Shown one piece after another: positions 50,737 to 63,000 of a stretch of DNA of 64,000 bases (within the stretch, counting starts at the first letter, position 1; every line of letters begins with the position of its first letter). A program made the translations under genes and the position numbers. Source of the DNA: Haplodiscus bocki (taxonomy: Eukaryota); the NCBI GenBank assembly GCA_965655095.1, contig OZ296649.1:83576001-83640000 (forward strand), written 5' to 3'. The notes beneath the pieces were generated by a model that had not been told where the DNA came from, searched no databases, and saw only the letters and a program-made list of their open reading frames with translations.

Positions 50737-53672
50737 CGAGTTTTTTATATCTGTTCTTTAATAATTGATTTTTGAGAGAATTTATATGATTTGCGTTCAC
50801 TTGAAGTTTTTCTTATTTCCTCAATCAAAAATTAAAACGTTTCAAAATTGTCATGAAGCGAGATATTTGTAGGCTTTGTTTTATACTTAGACACTTCTTT
50901 GAATAGCTATTCGTCTAATTTTGTATGTCAATTTCTTGATTAAAAGGCTAAGTTTGTTTGGAAACGAGCTAGTGGAAGTTCAATCTTGACTTTTGACCAA
51001 ATGTTTTGCGGAAACGGTATAGTAGAACAAATTCCTGCGTTCCATCTTCAATTGTGAAGAACGACGTGTTTATCAATGCTGCGAAAACAGTATTTGAGGA
51101 CTTTGTTCGGAAACTTTCTATTACGTTGAGTCGAGAGAATTTAATTTTGAACATTTCTCTTTTATAGAATGATAGTTGACTAAGTTCGTCGATAATTAAG
51201 TTCCAAGGGGGCCTGTTTCAAACAAAAACATTAGTAAAAGAGCTGGAGCGAACAATAAAACTATTGAAACATTTGCGGCAGAGTTGGAGACATTGTTTCA
51301 GCTTGTCAGGAAATCGAAAGATTTCAAAATACCAACGTTCCCTGACCTTCACGACATAGAAGGTGGCAAGATTAGAAGTTCAGAGCCGGATCGAAAGGCG
51401 GGCTGAACCATCTTATATAAAAATTGTTTTCATATATAAAACTACTGGTTTCGATACTGGGCTAGCAGTGTTCTAAATGTTGATTCCTTCACTTCTCTAT
51501 AACGCCGAAAATGCATATAGAAGTGAATTCAAATTTTTTTTTAATCTTGAGTCAAAATGACATTATGAAATTAGAATAAGTGTCGGTCGATTCTTTCCTT
51601 TCTTCACTATGCCTTGTATTTAATTTCGATCGGATTTTGACGTCAATATCCTACAACTACGGATGAGGAAAATAGTTGACACGAATTGACAACTGTGGTT
51701 CTCGCAGTAGCGGAAGCTAGCGAAGCGACTCCAGAAAAGCCCACAGCAGAACGTTGTAGAAATAATTTGTTTCCAATCATCTCAAAATGTCATTATTAGC
51801 ATCTGAAAACGACATGGTAAGTTTGATCTTGCCTTAACACAGTGCGGAAGCAGCCTTTATTAATATGGAAGGCGAAGGTGAAGGTGAAGATAGCATTCAA
51901 AACAAAATCGTGTTCGTTTTTCTTGTCAAAATGGCCGCACTATCTAAGGAATGGAAGTTGACTGGCAGAAACTTAATAAAAATTCTACATTATTGATAAT
52001 ATATATTGATTCATGCACCTCGATCAACCGATATAGTAATATATTTTTCTTTGAAGATTTTGACGGCTGCGCAATTGGCTGTAGGGTCAACTGCTTGCTC
52101 CAAATTTTGAAATGAATCGAACTTTTTTATCACATTAAAGAACCATGCAATCCTCGCCAAGTGTGCAGGCGAAAAAAGTTTAAATATTTTTGTAAAAGAT
52201 TTTACGAAGGATTTGTCATTGAAATTGTATGTCGTCTATGTGTTAGACGTCGGAAATGCAGAAACGATAATTTCAATTTAATTCAATTTTTGTGTTCCTG
52301 AAAAGGGTTTTTTTTCGTTTTAGAATGCCTCGATTAACGGTAACAATCTTACATAATAGCATGTTTTCTTGTTTCTACAATCTAGCCTTGCTTTGTTTCT
52401 GATGCGTTTATTAAACTTTCTATTGACAAAAACTCTGGTGAACCGAATTAAAGGGGGGGTCCAATAAAAAATTCTTGGACAATAATAGGCGGGGTCTAAA
52501 AATAGACATTATGGCAGCGCCTAAATGCACCTCGAACTATGTCTACACGTTTTAAATATAGACGTTTCAATGAAGCTTCTGCATAACGAATTTTGCATTT
52601 ACTGAAACGGAAGATGACCGCTTCGCAAAAAATAGGCCATTTCTTCACACCCGTCCGTTCTTGAAGATGCCGAATTTTTAATACTGGGTTATTATTGGAG
52701 GGCGGTGTTACCGATTTCAATTCGTGGGACCTATATGGCACCCTCCCGTTTATTAGGTACACCAGAGCATTATAAGTAACTGATGTTTGGGGTTATGCTT
52801 GCTGCATGTTTGTTTATTTCGTAATATCCGGAACATGAAACAGTTATAGACTTCATGCTTGCTTTTGATCAAATTCCTTTTCGTGGAGCAACAACTGATT
52901 TGAATGAAAGCTCAAAACTATTGAAAGGTGACGCAAACTATCTAGTTTTGGAAAATCTTGACGCCGAGATGTTCCACATGTACTCTGCTAACCATAATTG
53001 GAAGTTGGTTTATATCGAAGGGTGGTCTGAAATTCGAACAATATTGTTCTGCACTATATGACACTTCGAAGTTCAAACCATAATCAACAATAGTGAAGCA
53101 GACTTTGCCTATCAAAATTGACAGAAGTTGAGTTCCTTTTGGATGTAAAGTAAAGTATTTTGCGAGGTGGTGGTTATTCAGGTTCCTTGTTTTTACCTCT
53201 CAGAAATAACGCGGGCGGTAACCTCCAGTTATTTGAAGCACCAAGTTTCGCAACTTGATTTTTAATGTCAGTGTTTCGAGCCAATGGTGACTATCGTTCA
53301 TCAACCAAGAATGAGGAGATGGGATAATAAATATGTTGCATGTTGTGTACGAAGTACAGGTATAGTCACAGTTGGGAGAGGAAAAATTATTATATAGCTT
53401 TATGATGATGCTGGTGAACAGACAGAAAAAGCAGAGCGGATATTAATCCACATTCTAAATGCAATTTTGTGAGCCAAATTTTTTGCTTGGCGTCCGTTTC
53501 CGTGTGAATCTCATTACTGCTGATATATTGCACACCACTGTGACGCCGTGTACTCCAGCACTGCCTTCCGTTTACTAAATCGAAATGAAAATAAAATTTC
53601 AAAGAAAAATGCAAATCACAGCTAGGGAATGAAGCTTCATTTAAAACCGTGCCTTCATTTTTCTATCGTTCT

Positions 53673-54146
53673 GACCAATCAGCAATTGTCCTTTGCATCT
53701 GCATCAAAATGTTTATCTGCAAGTTCCAACATCAAATTTAAGAAATTCGGTAATGCTTATTAAACTGCTTTCATTGGTAGACCAGAATAATTTCTGTTAA
53801 TATCCGGTGGCAAAATCACCATTTGATACTAATTGTTATGCGTTCATCAGTATAAGTTACATACTGCCGAAATGTTGAACAAACTTACACATTGGAGCCA
53901 TTCCGATAGGGTTTGTGTGCACCAGAAGCAGAAAGGAAAGGAACAAAAAATGGCCATTATTGAAGACAAACCCCGAGTAATAAAAGAATGTAGTTACATT
54001 GTTACATCATGTAAGTACGAAAATAATTGGCTTAGAAGCGATGAAAATTTGAAGTTCATCTTCTTCATAGACGCGGTACTGTCATTTTAACGTCGTGGTA
54101 TTACAAGTGGGCAATATTTTCTCGCTTCCATTAATTCTCTGATTGG
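53673..54146. promoter_or_regulatory. Candidate CCAAT boxes upstream of the PKG I-beta-like exon
   Basis: gaccaatcag (53673) and ctgattgg (54139) match the NF-Y CCAATCAG consensus, in non-repetitive sequence upstream of the exon. Confidence 0.3.
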
Positions 54147-54283
54147 TAGATAACTTGAGGGGAGCTACACGGCTGTTAATTTATTTTTATTCAGAAATGT
54201 TTGCAGGAGTTTTCTTCAGCTTCACTCTAAAATGCAATGGCTGTGCTCTTTTTTAGCGTAAGAAAACATCCGTACCTTACCAA

Positions 54284-54654
54284 ATGCCCCGGCAATTTGC
54301 GCGGAATGATAAAATGTCTTTCTGCTTCTCGTGTCTACAGCATAAAAACGGACATGAGAATTTTGAAGAAAAGCTTAATGCCAAAGAAGATGAGATCCGC
54401 GAGTTGCAGATTTTACTGCGACAGAAGGACGCCGTTATTGCGAATCTTACTAATGAAATTCGTTATCTCAAAGACAATCACCTGCCCACTAAAGCTAATT
54501 GTAACATTGCAGTCAGTCATGCACCCCCACCTCATTTAAATATGGGCTCTATGTCGCTATCCAAAGTTAAACGTGTCGCCGTTTCTGGAGAGCCATCTGG
54601 CGAAAAAATGAGCGACCAAAAGAGCTGTCTGAAGTCGTACGAGAAGTATAAACA
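54284..54654 (+). CDS. PRKG1: cGMP-dependent protein kinase I, beta-like alternative first coding exon
   Basis: IRELQILLRQKDAVIANLTNEIRY / KVKRVAVSGEP / LKSYEKYKQ match PKG I-beta [25 protein letters not shown] / RTKRQAISAEP / LPFYPKSPQ (recalled). Perfect phase-2 donor CA|GTAAGT at 54655; start may be ATG 54314 (MSFCFSC). Confidence 0.85.
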
Positions 54655-54792
54655 GTAAGTTACCCTTCTAATCAATAAACAGTGACTGTTAGTGATAAAG
54701 CCATTGCTACTTTGCATCTAAGGGAAGGATGTGGCGCATTGCTTTAAACGCTGTTCAATTTGAAGCAACTTTTTGGTTAGTTTTATTTTCAG

Positions 54793-54810
54793 GAAAGGCA
54801 TGTCTGTAGA
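54793..54810 (+). CDS. Candidate 18-nt symmetric (phase 2-2) micro-exon of PKG
   Basis: ttttattttcAG|GAAAGGCATGTCTGTAGA|GTGAGT; in frame, no stop (Q-KGMSV-E/D). Confidence 0.4.
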
Positions 54811-56361
54811 GTGAGTTTTGACCAAAAAAATGGTAATATGAATGCAAAATATTGCAAAACTCTAGGTTGGCATCTGAGGTGCCCACAAAAATTCTGAATT
54901 GATGGAACTCCAAAGTTGCAACGTATTTGATTACTTCAGTTTTATTTTCAAGGTAAAGTTTCGTTCATTTCCTTGTCGAAGATGGAAGAGTCAGCGCAAA
55001 AATCAAACATTTTGAGCGTAAACCGGACTTCAGCGTTCAGTGTTTTCGAAAAAAGGAATCAATGCGAATTTATCATATCTTAATTGTATTGTTTGGAGTT
55101 CATGTACACAGTTACTGAAACTAAGTTTGGAACTTAAAGCCGCCTAAAAACGTAGCTGCATGTTTTGCATCGTTCTCTCAAATGTGGTGAGGGTTTATTC
55201 TCGCCGAGACATTGAGTTCCTGCTAAACAGTAAACTTGGAAACAAGTATTGGAGTGTTGACTTTTTTTGTTAAACTTAGTTCTTTCTTGGAGGGAATTTA
55301 GAGCAGCAAAAAGGTTGCCAATGTTGTAAAAAGATATTTGAAAGAACACTCAAATATAGTAAGTTCAATACTGCAGTTTTTTTACAAAACATCAACAATT
55401 GTGCTGGTAAAATTGCAACATTTTGTATTGTATATAAAAATGAGTCCTGAGTCTACTCAAAACACTATGCTCACTTTCGGTAACTGTCAAAGTGAGAAGA
55501 CTAAATTTTACAATATTAAAATCTAATCAGCCAGGACGGCACAGGGGTAACAACTGGTTGGTATTAATGTGCTAATAATAACTACTAGTAACTGCGATAT
55601 TTTATTGTGTCATTTTGCTCAGGTCAGGATGTTGGCAAATCTATTTTTCTGTAGAAAAAATTGGTTTTCCAGCGAATCGAAAAACATGACTCTTACCAAT
55701 CGATGTACATAAAAGCTTTTTGGAAATTTCTATACTGCATGAATTACAAACAAGACGCCCAGCAAACTCCTAAATATTTTCTGCCTTACAATTAGGAAAC
55801 AAATGTTAAAAAATTGTATTTCAAAACAAAAAATCTGAAAGAATCATTCAAAATTTGCCTTAAAAGAAATATACTTCTTGATTTTTGAAAACAAAAACCC
55901 TAAATTCTTAGAGAAAAACAACTTTGGCGGAGAAATTGGTTTACAAATGACATTCTACGGCAAATTTGGAACAAACTAATAAAATAAAATGAGAAAAGTG
56001 CCTGAAAACTTGAAGATTTTTCCGAAAAAGCCTAATTTATTTCTGGAAAGTAATGGACTCCTCTTGCGAAGACTATTATGTTATCAACAGTTTTTTTGTG
56101 GGTGATAGTTATGAACACGAAGTGAACAAATTCTCATTAGAAGTGAAAATTTTATATTGAAAGTGATTGAATTTTAAACTGGCATACCGTTAAAAAACGC
56201 CACTAGCCATTCAAAAAAAAATTTAATGTAGAATATGGAGGCGGAAAATTCCAATTCAATGTAAATCAATTTGACGTTGTCAAACAAAGTTCATCAACAA
56301 AACATAAAATCAATCATCTAATGAATCAACCATAAAAAGTTAAATTTTTGATTCGCTAACT

Positions 56362-57295
56362 AACAAGACGACCGAGTACCACTGGCATACTTTCCGCCCA
56401 CCAATTTTGTTAAAAGTCTTTTAAAAGTTTTGAAGTGTTTCTGTCGAAAAATTCAAGTTTTCTATTTTTTCCAAATTTAAAAATTTTCTGATTTTCTGGT
56501 AAAAAAACTTACAATCAAGGGAAAAGAAACACTTTCGATGAATAATATTTGTTACGCAGTCTACAGCAACTTTGCCACTTTTACTTTGTTTCAAGAAATC
56601 TTAACTTTTGTATTTAATTGAGAAATTTTACTGTTTCGGTCGCATTCTACGGCAAATTTGCTACAATTTGTTAAACGAAAAATTTCAAATTCTGAATCGG
56701 CATTCTGCCTGGACAATTGGCAAGTCGACGTACAAAAACGTTCGATTTGAGTGGATGATTTCTTTTCCATAGTGTAAATATGGGGGAAAGTAATAATGCA
56801 GTCAAGACTAGGTAATCACAAAATTATAGTAACCATTTTTTGGAAATAGCTAGAAGACGGCCGACTACCACGTATTTCTGACGTTTTCTCTTTTTGGTAA
56901 AAATATTTTTTACAGCGATGAAAGCCTTTTTTTGAAAAATACCCTCTTTCTTTGTTGTATTTTCTAATTTTTCCAAAATTTTTGTTTTGTCAGTAAAAAA
57001 CCTCACAGTTAAGGTGGAAAAGGACTTCTGAACAATAATATAATTTGATACGCATTCTACAGCAAAATTGCCACCTTTGCGATTGTGAAAAGAATTCATG
57101 TGTTTTTTGGAAAAAAACCAAAATTTATACGTACTTGAGAAATCTTACTATTTCAGTCGTATTCCACGTCAAGTTTGGTGATAAAAGTTTTCAAATTCAG
57201 CATCTGGGCATTCTGCGCGGACAATTGGCAAGTCAGCATAAAAAATGTTCGCTTTGAGTGGATACTTTTCCTCCCATTCTATAAATGACGGAAAT
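56362..57295 (+). repeat. Two tandem copies of the ~450-bp MITE-like repeat (56362-56796, 56851-57295)
   Basis: Same motif order as 50283-50736; further partial copies near 49920-50000 and 55900-56250. Confidence 0.7.
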
Positions 57296-58399
57296 TGAAA
57301 ATTGATTACGATTAGTGAAGGTTGCTTCTAATGCTGAAAAAATCAAGTGTCTTTTCAAAGGAACGCCGCGTTGATGGGGCTAGCCAACCTAATCACAGTT
57401 TCTGTTTTGACATAGTTGTTCTCTAAGTTCTCTACAATCCAAATTACAATTAAAAGGGACCAATCCGGGAACAATATTCGCATTTTCCCCATTTCATGTA
57501 ATTGGATTCCAAAAATTTACGCTAAATGGGGGGGGGGGAGGGGCTATTGTTCTCAGATTTGTTATTTTAATTTTATGCAACGTTTGAGAACCATGTTTAA
57601 ACTCACGAAATGCTATCTCACATTTTCTGTCTGAACTTCTTGATTGTGTCTGACTATTAGACTGACCTTTTAGGCATTGCAGAGAGCTTAATGCATATTG
57701 CTTTCATTTTTATTATCGAAGCTGAAAGTGATGATTTTGATAAATCGAGGCGTGTGTTTTTTCCAGACTTGATGTAAGTGGATATGTGAAATCCACTGAG
57801 GTGTAGACTGCCACAAGTCAACTCAAAACGTTCAGGCCACTGCTCTGTTTACAAGCTTAGCACTCTTTTTAGGACGCCAGAGGGCTACGTGAAAAGTTTT
57901 CGATTTTTCGTAATATTTTGAATGAGTAGCTATTGAAGTTTTTTTTCAAGTTTTATAATTCAATGGCTACTCGCAGAGCTGTTGCGCTTTTTCTCGATTT
58001 CCTTTTTCCTTGAAAAGTTCCAGAAGAATGGTCTGGAACATTTAGTTATCATATTCGTCTACTTTGATTTTTCTCAGTGGCTGCCAATCCGAATGTGTTC
58101 ATCATGTGCCTTATCAAATTCTAAATCTATTCTTCAAGATTTTGTGGACTGATTTCAGCCTTCCGTTTAATTTTCTGAAAATAAACAGGACGTAAATTAA
58201 ACAGGACGTAAATTCCGAAAAAGCTAATAATGTTGCCTTCGGTTGATATTTTCAAATTGCTTTTCCTTGACCGTGTTCAAATTCACCTTTCGAGGGCTGA
58301 TTAAAAAGACAATTTATGATTTTTGGAAGGATCTTGCCGTACAGGTTTTAGCGTCCCTTTTTCATCATCGAAAAAACATAAGATAATTTTACCGTGATT

Positions 58400-59070
58400 C
58401 ATTAAGATTTTGACTTCGATCGGTATGCAAATTTGCTATTCTCATTGACCACGAATTCACCTCTTCAAGCGCTCAAACGGAAACCAAATAAGGAGAAAGG
58501 ATCTCAAGGAACAGACTCGATAATGTCCTTACCTTTTTAAAGAAAATAGTTCAGGAAGACGAAAAAGTAGTTGTTGTCGACTTCGATCGAAGTGCAAACT
58601 TGTTTTTAATGACTATCGCTTCAATTTGGTGAATTAGCATTCACTCAGCCAAATCAGTTCAGGGAGGATGTCGTGATACATATTCCAGCTTTCGATTTTC
58701 CTTCCTGAAAAAATCCAAAAAACGCTAAAGCTGTTGACTTCGATCATATGCAAACTTTTTTCCACTGTCTACTTTTTCATTTTTTCATTAGGCGCGTAAT
58801 CAAATGTTAATTATGTCGAAATATCTCTGGAACGAATTTGGTCCTCTCATTCTCGAAATAAAACAATAATTGTTGACTTCAATCGCTATTCAAACTTGTT
58901 TTTCTGAATGACTAATTGAATTTTGTCCATTGAGCGCCTAATCAAAAGCTAAGAACTTAAGGGAAAAATTTTGGAGAACAATTGGACCTTCTTTCCTTCC
59001 GGCAAAAATGGTAAATAGAACCAGAAACGGCGATTGTGGTTGACTACGATCGGTATTGTATTTTGTTCTG
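58400..59070 (+). repeat. Degenerate ~140-170-bp tandem array
   Basis: ttgacttcgatcg...tgcaaa core recurs at ~58411, 58577, 58735, 58873 and 59040. Confidence 0.65.
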
Positions 59071-59159
59071 TGACATCAAGCCGATCTTTTTCACCTAAAT
59101 CTGAAAAGGCAGCTTCCTTTAAAAACAGTTTAGCGGAACAATTGGTTGTGTTTCCGAGT

Positions 59160-59669
59160 CAGGGTTGGTGTTTTAAACACTTTTAACGGAATTAAAACAT
59201 GTTTTAATTGAAAAAAAAAACATGTTTTTATTGTTTTTTATGTTTTTTATTTTCTAAGTCAACCCCCCACCATGATATAGGGTCCACCTCAAGGTACGAT
59301 CCCTCAAACAACGATGCAGAATATGGTGGTTCTTTGGCGATAAATTTAACAGTCTCTTGTATTAAATCATCACCTAGACTTTCAATATAGGCATTGGCTT
59401 CAGCTGTTTCAAGTGGAGAAAGATTTTCCACAAAATAATGTTCAAACAATGGACGTTCATTAACTAGGGGAACACAAACAGCACACAGCTGTTGTCCAAG
59501 GGTTTTATTGACATAGCAATCATTCGCACGAGAAGCGTATTTCAAGGCTGGCAAGGCAGTGAATTCTCTATACACTGTTGTTTAAAAAAAACACATGTTT
59601 TTTAAAATTGTTTTAAACATGTTTTTATCGATGTGTTTAAATCGTCTTGTTTTAAACATACCAACCCAG
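59160..59669 (-). mobile_element. Non-autonomous, internally deleted hAT element (510 bp)
   Basis: CAGGGTTGG / CCAACCCAG termini; 8-bp TSD TTCCGAGT (59152-59159 and 59670-59677); remnant NLSPLETAEANAYI...IAKEPPYSASLF...PISWW homologous to the transposase at 19411. Confidence 0.92.
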
Positions 59670-61999
59670 TTCCGAGTCCTCCCTGATTAAAGATTGCCGT
59701 AAAAATGGCAGAGAACGTAATCTTTTTGTGTTTGGTGGATTTTCAAAATAAATATTCTCATTACCTGAGTAAACAGAATTTAGCTAATTGTGCGTTAAAA
59801 AATTGGAACAAGTGTTTTGGAGTTCCATTAGCTTCAGAAAAAATGCCAGAAAATATTTCGTGCGGATTGAATGAAGTTTTTAAATGCTTCGATGGTCGAG
59901 CATCGAAGGGGGCTGTTTTTTTACTTGAGTCACACGAGCGTAACACGAGAAGGCTGGCAAAGAGACAAAATGAATTCGGGAAGAAGAAAATGAGACCTGG
60001 TGCTTATTTTTGGACCTGCTAGATTTTAATATCATTCGGTTCGACTAATTTTGTATTCAATTTACGTCTATCTACTTTTTCTTCCACCGATTTTGTGTGA
60101 ATGATTAATGATGAAACCTACTTTCGAATGACAGCAAAGTAATCCAATTCCTTTTTGTATGGCTGCTGAGTGCTTCATATTTTGTGCGAATGAAATTTGT
60201 CGGTTTTTTAGAGTGATGTTTCCCGCTTTCGGGCAGAATTATGAGTTAGTTTACGTGAAATTACCTTCCTTCTTTTTGTGACCACGCTAATTTCTTAGCG
60301 CTTAATGCCTAGCATACTTCATGCCTACTTTTTCCAAGATTACAAACCTTTCAAATCAATCCATTTGTTACAGAAGTGCCACATCTGTTTTACACTTGCA
60401 CGAAATGCTTTCTGACCTATAGAGAACTTTTTATGCCAATCCTACTACCATGTGCAGTATTTTTGATGAAGCTTGATTCCGCACTCGGATTAACCTTAGC
60501 GTTTGAAGGTTTTCATCATAAAAAGAACAGGATTTAACCAGCAATTTTTTTTGGATGGAAACGCGTGATAGGCCTAATGACTCAATTTAACATGATGGAT
60601 GGCACCGGCTCTGCTGTACAGCCTATATTACTTGGCTCAAACTAAAATTTGTGTTAAAACTTGCATTTTCTCAAACATAAACTTCTTTCGACTCGACGAC
60701 TATTCGGACCAAAGACAAATTCGGGCCGAAAACAGACAGGGACCAAAGACAAATTCGGACCCAATTTTGAAATTCGGCCCAAACTATTTCGCTAATTAGC
60801 CTAATTACCGAATTAGCAAATAAGCTTCACCCAATTTTTTTCTGAAAGTATACCAGATTTGCAAACAGTTGTGACATAAATTAAACAGTTGGCATTAACT
60901 TTCTTCTTTTGAGACGGCAGATATTCCAGTCAAAATGCCAAAAACTAAAACTGCAGAATAACCTTTGAAGCAACAAACTGAGAACGACCAATGTCGGCAC
61001 TGCCCGTAAGTCTCAAAACCTTCATCGAGTTTCGAATTTGCAAATGGCGATGTTGAGGATTAGTAATTTCCACCCAAAATTCATCTCACCATATGCATTT
61101 TAGCGCAAACTTCTCATCTGTACGATTTTGGCAATTTTTTTCTGTGAGGCAAAGTAATGAAAAAACTTGTGCGGAATTAATTTTTTTTTCTAAAAAACCT
61201 TTCTAAGTTAGAAAGAAGAAATATCCCCAGGTTATCCCAGTGTCATGCCCCACATTAGGTTAATACGGAGTTATCTACATCTCCCTTGAATTACGTCTAT
61301 GTTCTATATGTATGAAGCTGCTATACTAAAAAAAAATCTTAATGCAGGTTCTGTAGCCGATGAATGGATAAAGGTATAAATGCAACTGGCATTTTACTTT
61401 CCCTCTCCTCCAGGTATGAAAGCGACTATATATTATTTAACACTTTATGTAGTATGTAAAACCAAGTACTGCTGAGCATTTTATAAAGTAGTTGTTACAT
61501 CACACAAACACCAGTAATGCAGAAGTTATTCGAAATACAAACCCAACTGGCGCTACATTCTCTTTGAACCTCAAAAGTGGAAACACATTTTAAGAGACTA
61601 AAAGACACCAGTAAGCTTCAGCCGGAAACCCGGCAATAATTAAATATGCCCTCTGTAATGCAGTAAATCAACTAAACTGACTGTGAACTGTATCCACGCT
61701 GTATCGAAAAACATCCATCCCGATCTTTTCACTCCACAGTCCTTTCTCCAGTAGGCCGACTCGAAAACTCTCAACAGGAGAGAATTGACCAAAGATTAGC
61801 AGTAGATAAAACACGAGCAGAATGTATTTGGGAAAGACTTAAGATTTACATCGTTTTCCATCCGATGGAAAACGATAATCACTGCAGCTGGATTACCGAC
61901 AGAAACCGATGGTTTAAAGATGCATTAGCTTAAACAGAACAGGACACATCGGTTTCCATTGGAAGAGAAGACCAGTTCAAACTAGATCTCAGACTTTTT

Positions 62000-63000
62000 T
62001 CGATGTCTGAGAGTGATTAATGACTCGTCTTACTTCCATGGTGCAGATTATATTAGATACATGTAAATAGACATTTCCGATGTCTGAACAGCAAACAACC
62101 GGATGTATCAACTGTTGGACTTTTTCCGACGCCCCAGATGGACAATAACAGTAGACCTAACAGCACATAACCGAACTAGCTGATACATCGGGATACATAT
62201 TTTCCGATGTCTGCATTAATTTAATCACCTCGTAGATTTAGCACACGGACATTTTCTTATGTAAATCGTAAAGTGTCCCAGGCATTCTCGCTTGAGCATT
62301 TTGACTTGAATGTCTTTTTAATGTCAAATTCCAAGCCTATTTTTAACTATCGGCCAGACATTGACGCCATATTTAGTTTACTTAAGCTAACGAGGCAGCA
62401 AGAGCTCATCGATGGTAAGAAGTGCGTCTGACCATCAGTGAGGTGACTGAGTAAGTCCAGACGCGAGGAGTCAAAACCCCAACAGTTTACTAACGTGAGT
62501 TAACCAGAGCTAGTTACAACTCATGCAGAGCCTGACCGTACTCGCCTAAATTTACTGCAGTGTATTCTGGAAGGACTGTAATCCTTTGTGCATTCTAAAT
62601 GTGATATTTCTTGATACATCGCTTCAGATCCATCCTTTTTAACCTTTCTACTTTTAAACTAGATTGAATCAAATATTTAATGAAAAATATTGGTCCAAAT
62701 ACTTAATTTAACCTTTCGTCAATTGTATGAGCTTTTCCGTTGAGCCTAGAACCCTTAGAAGTGGCATGTCTTACAAACTGAAAACTTGTCTAAGAACGTC
62801 CGCACACAAAGACAAACCAACTGAAGCATTTAAAGTATACACAGCAGAACGGACTGACGAAGGCAGCGCGGAATTCTGTCCTAACCTGATAGAAGTGAGA
62901 ATCAAAGCTAATCTGGAACCCCTCCACGCCCAGATTTCTACGCTGACGCAAATGATGAATAAGTTATCCAGGACAACTAGGTCTCCGCCATCGTAGATAT
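62000..63000 (+). mobile_element. Possible LTR retrotransposon (Gypsy-like) LTR and gag-start remnant
   Basis: LTR-like composition followed by tggtcc (~62692) and an ORF with RTLRSG...IKANLEPLHAQISTLTQMM, a gag-N-terminus-like coiled coil. No partner LTR or pol seen. Confidence 0.3.

Noticed and set aside
60700-60790. Short repeats gaccaaagacaaattcgg as a CRISPR-like array
   Set aside because: Only 2-3 degenerate units, irregular spacing, eukaryotic context, no cas genes; likely transposon subterminal repeats.
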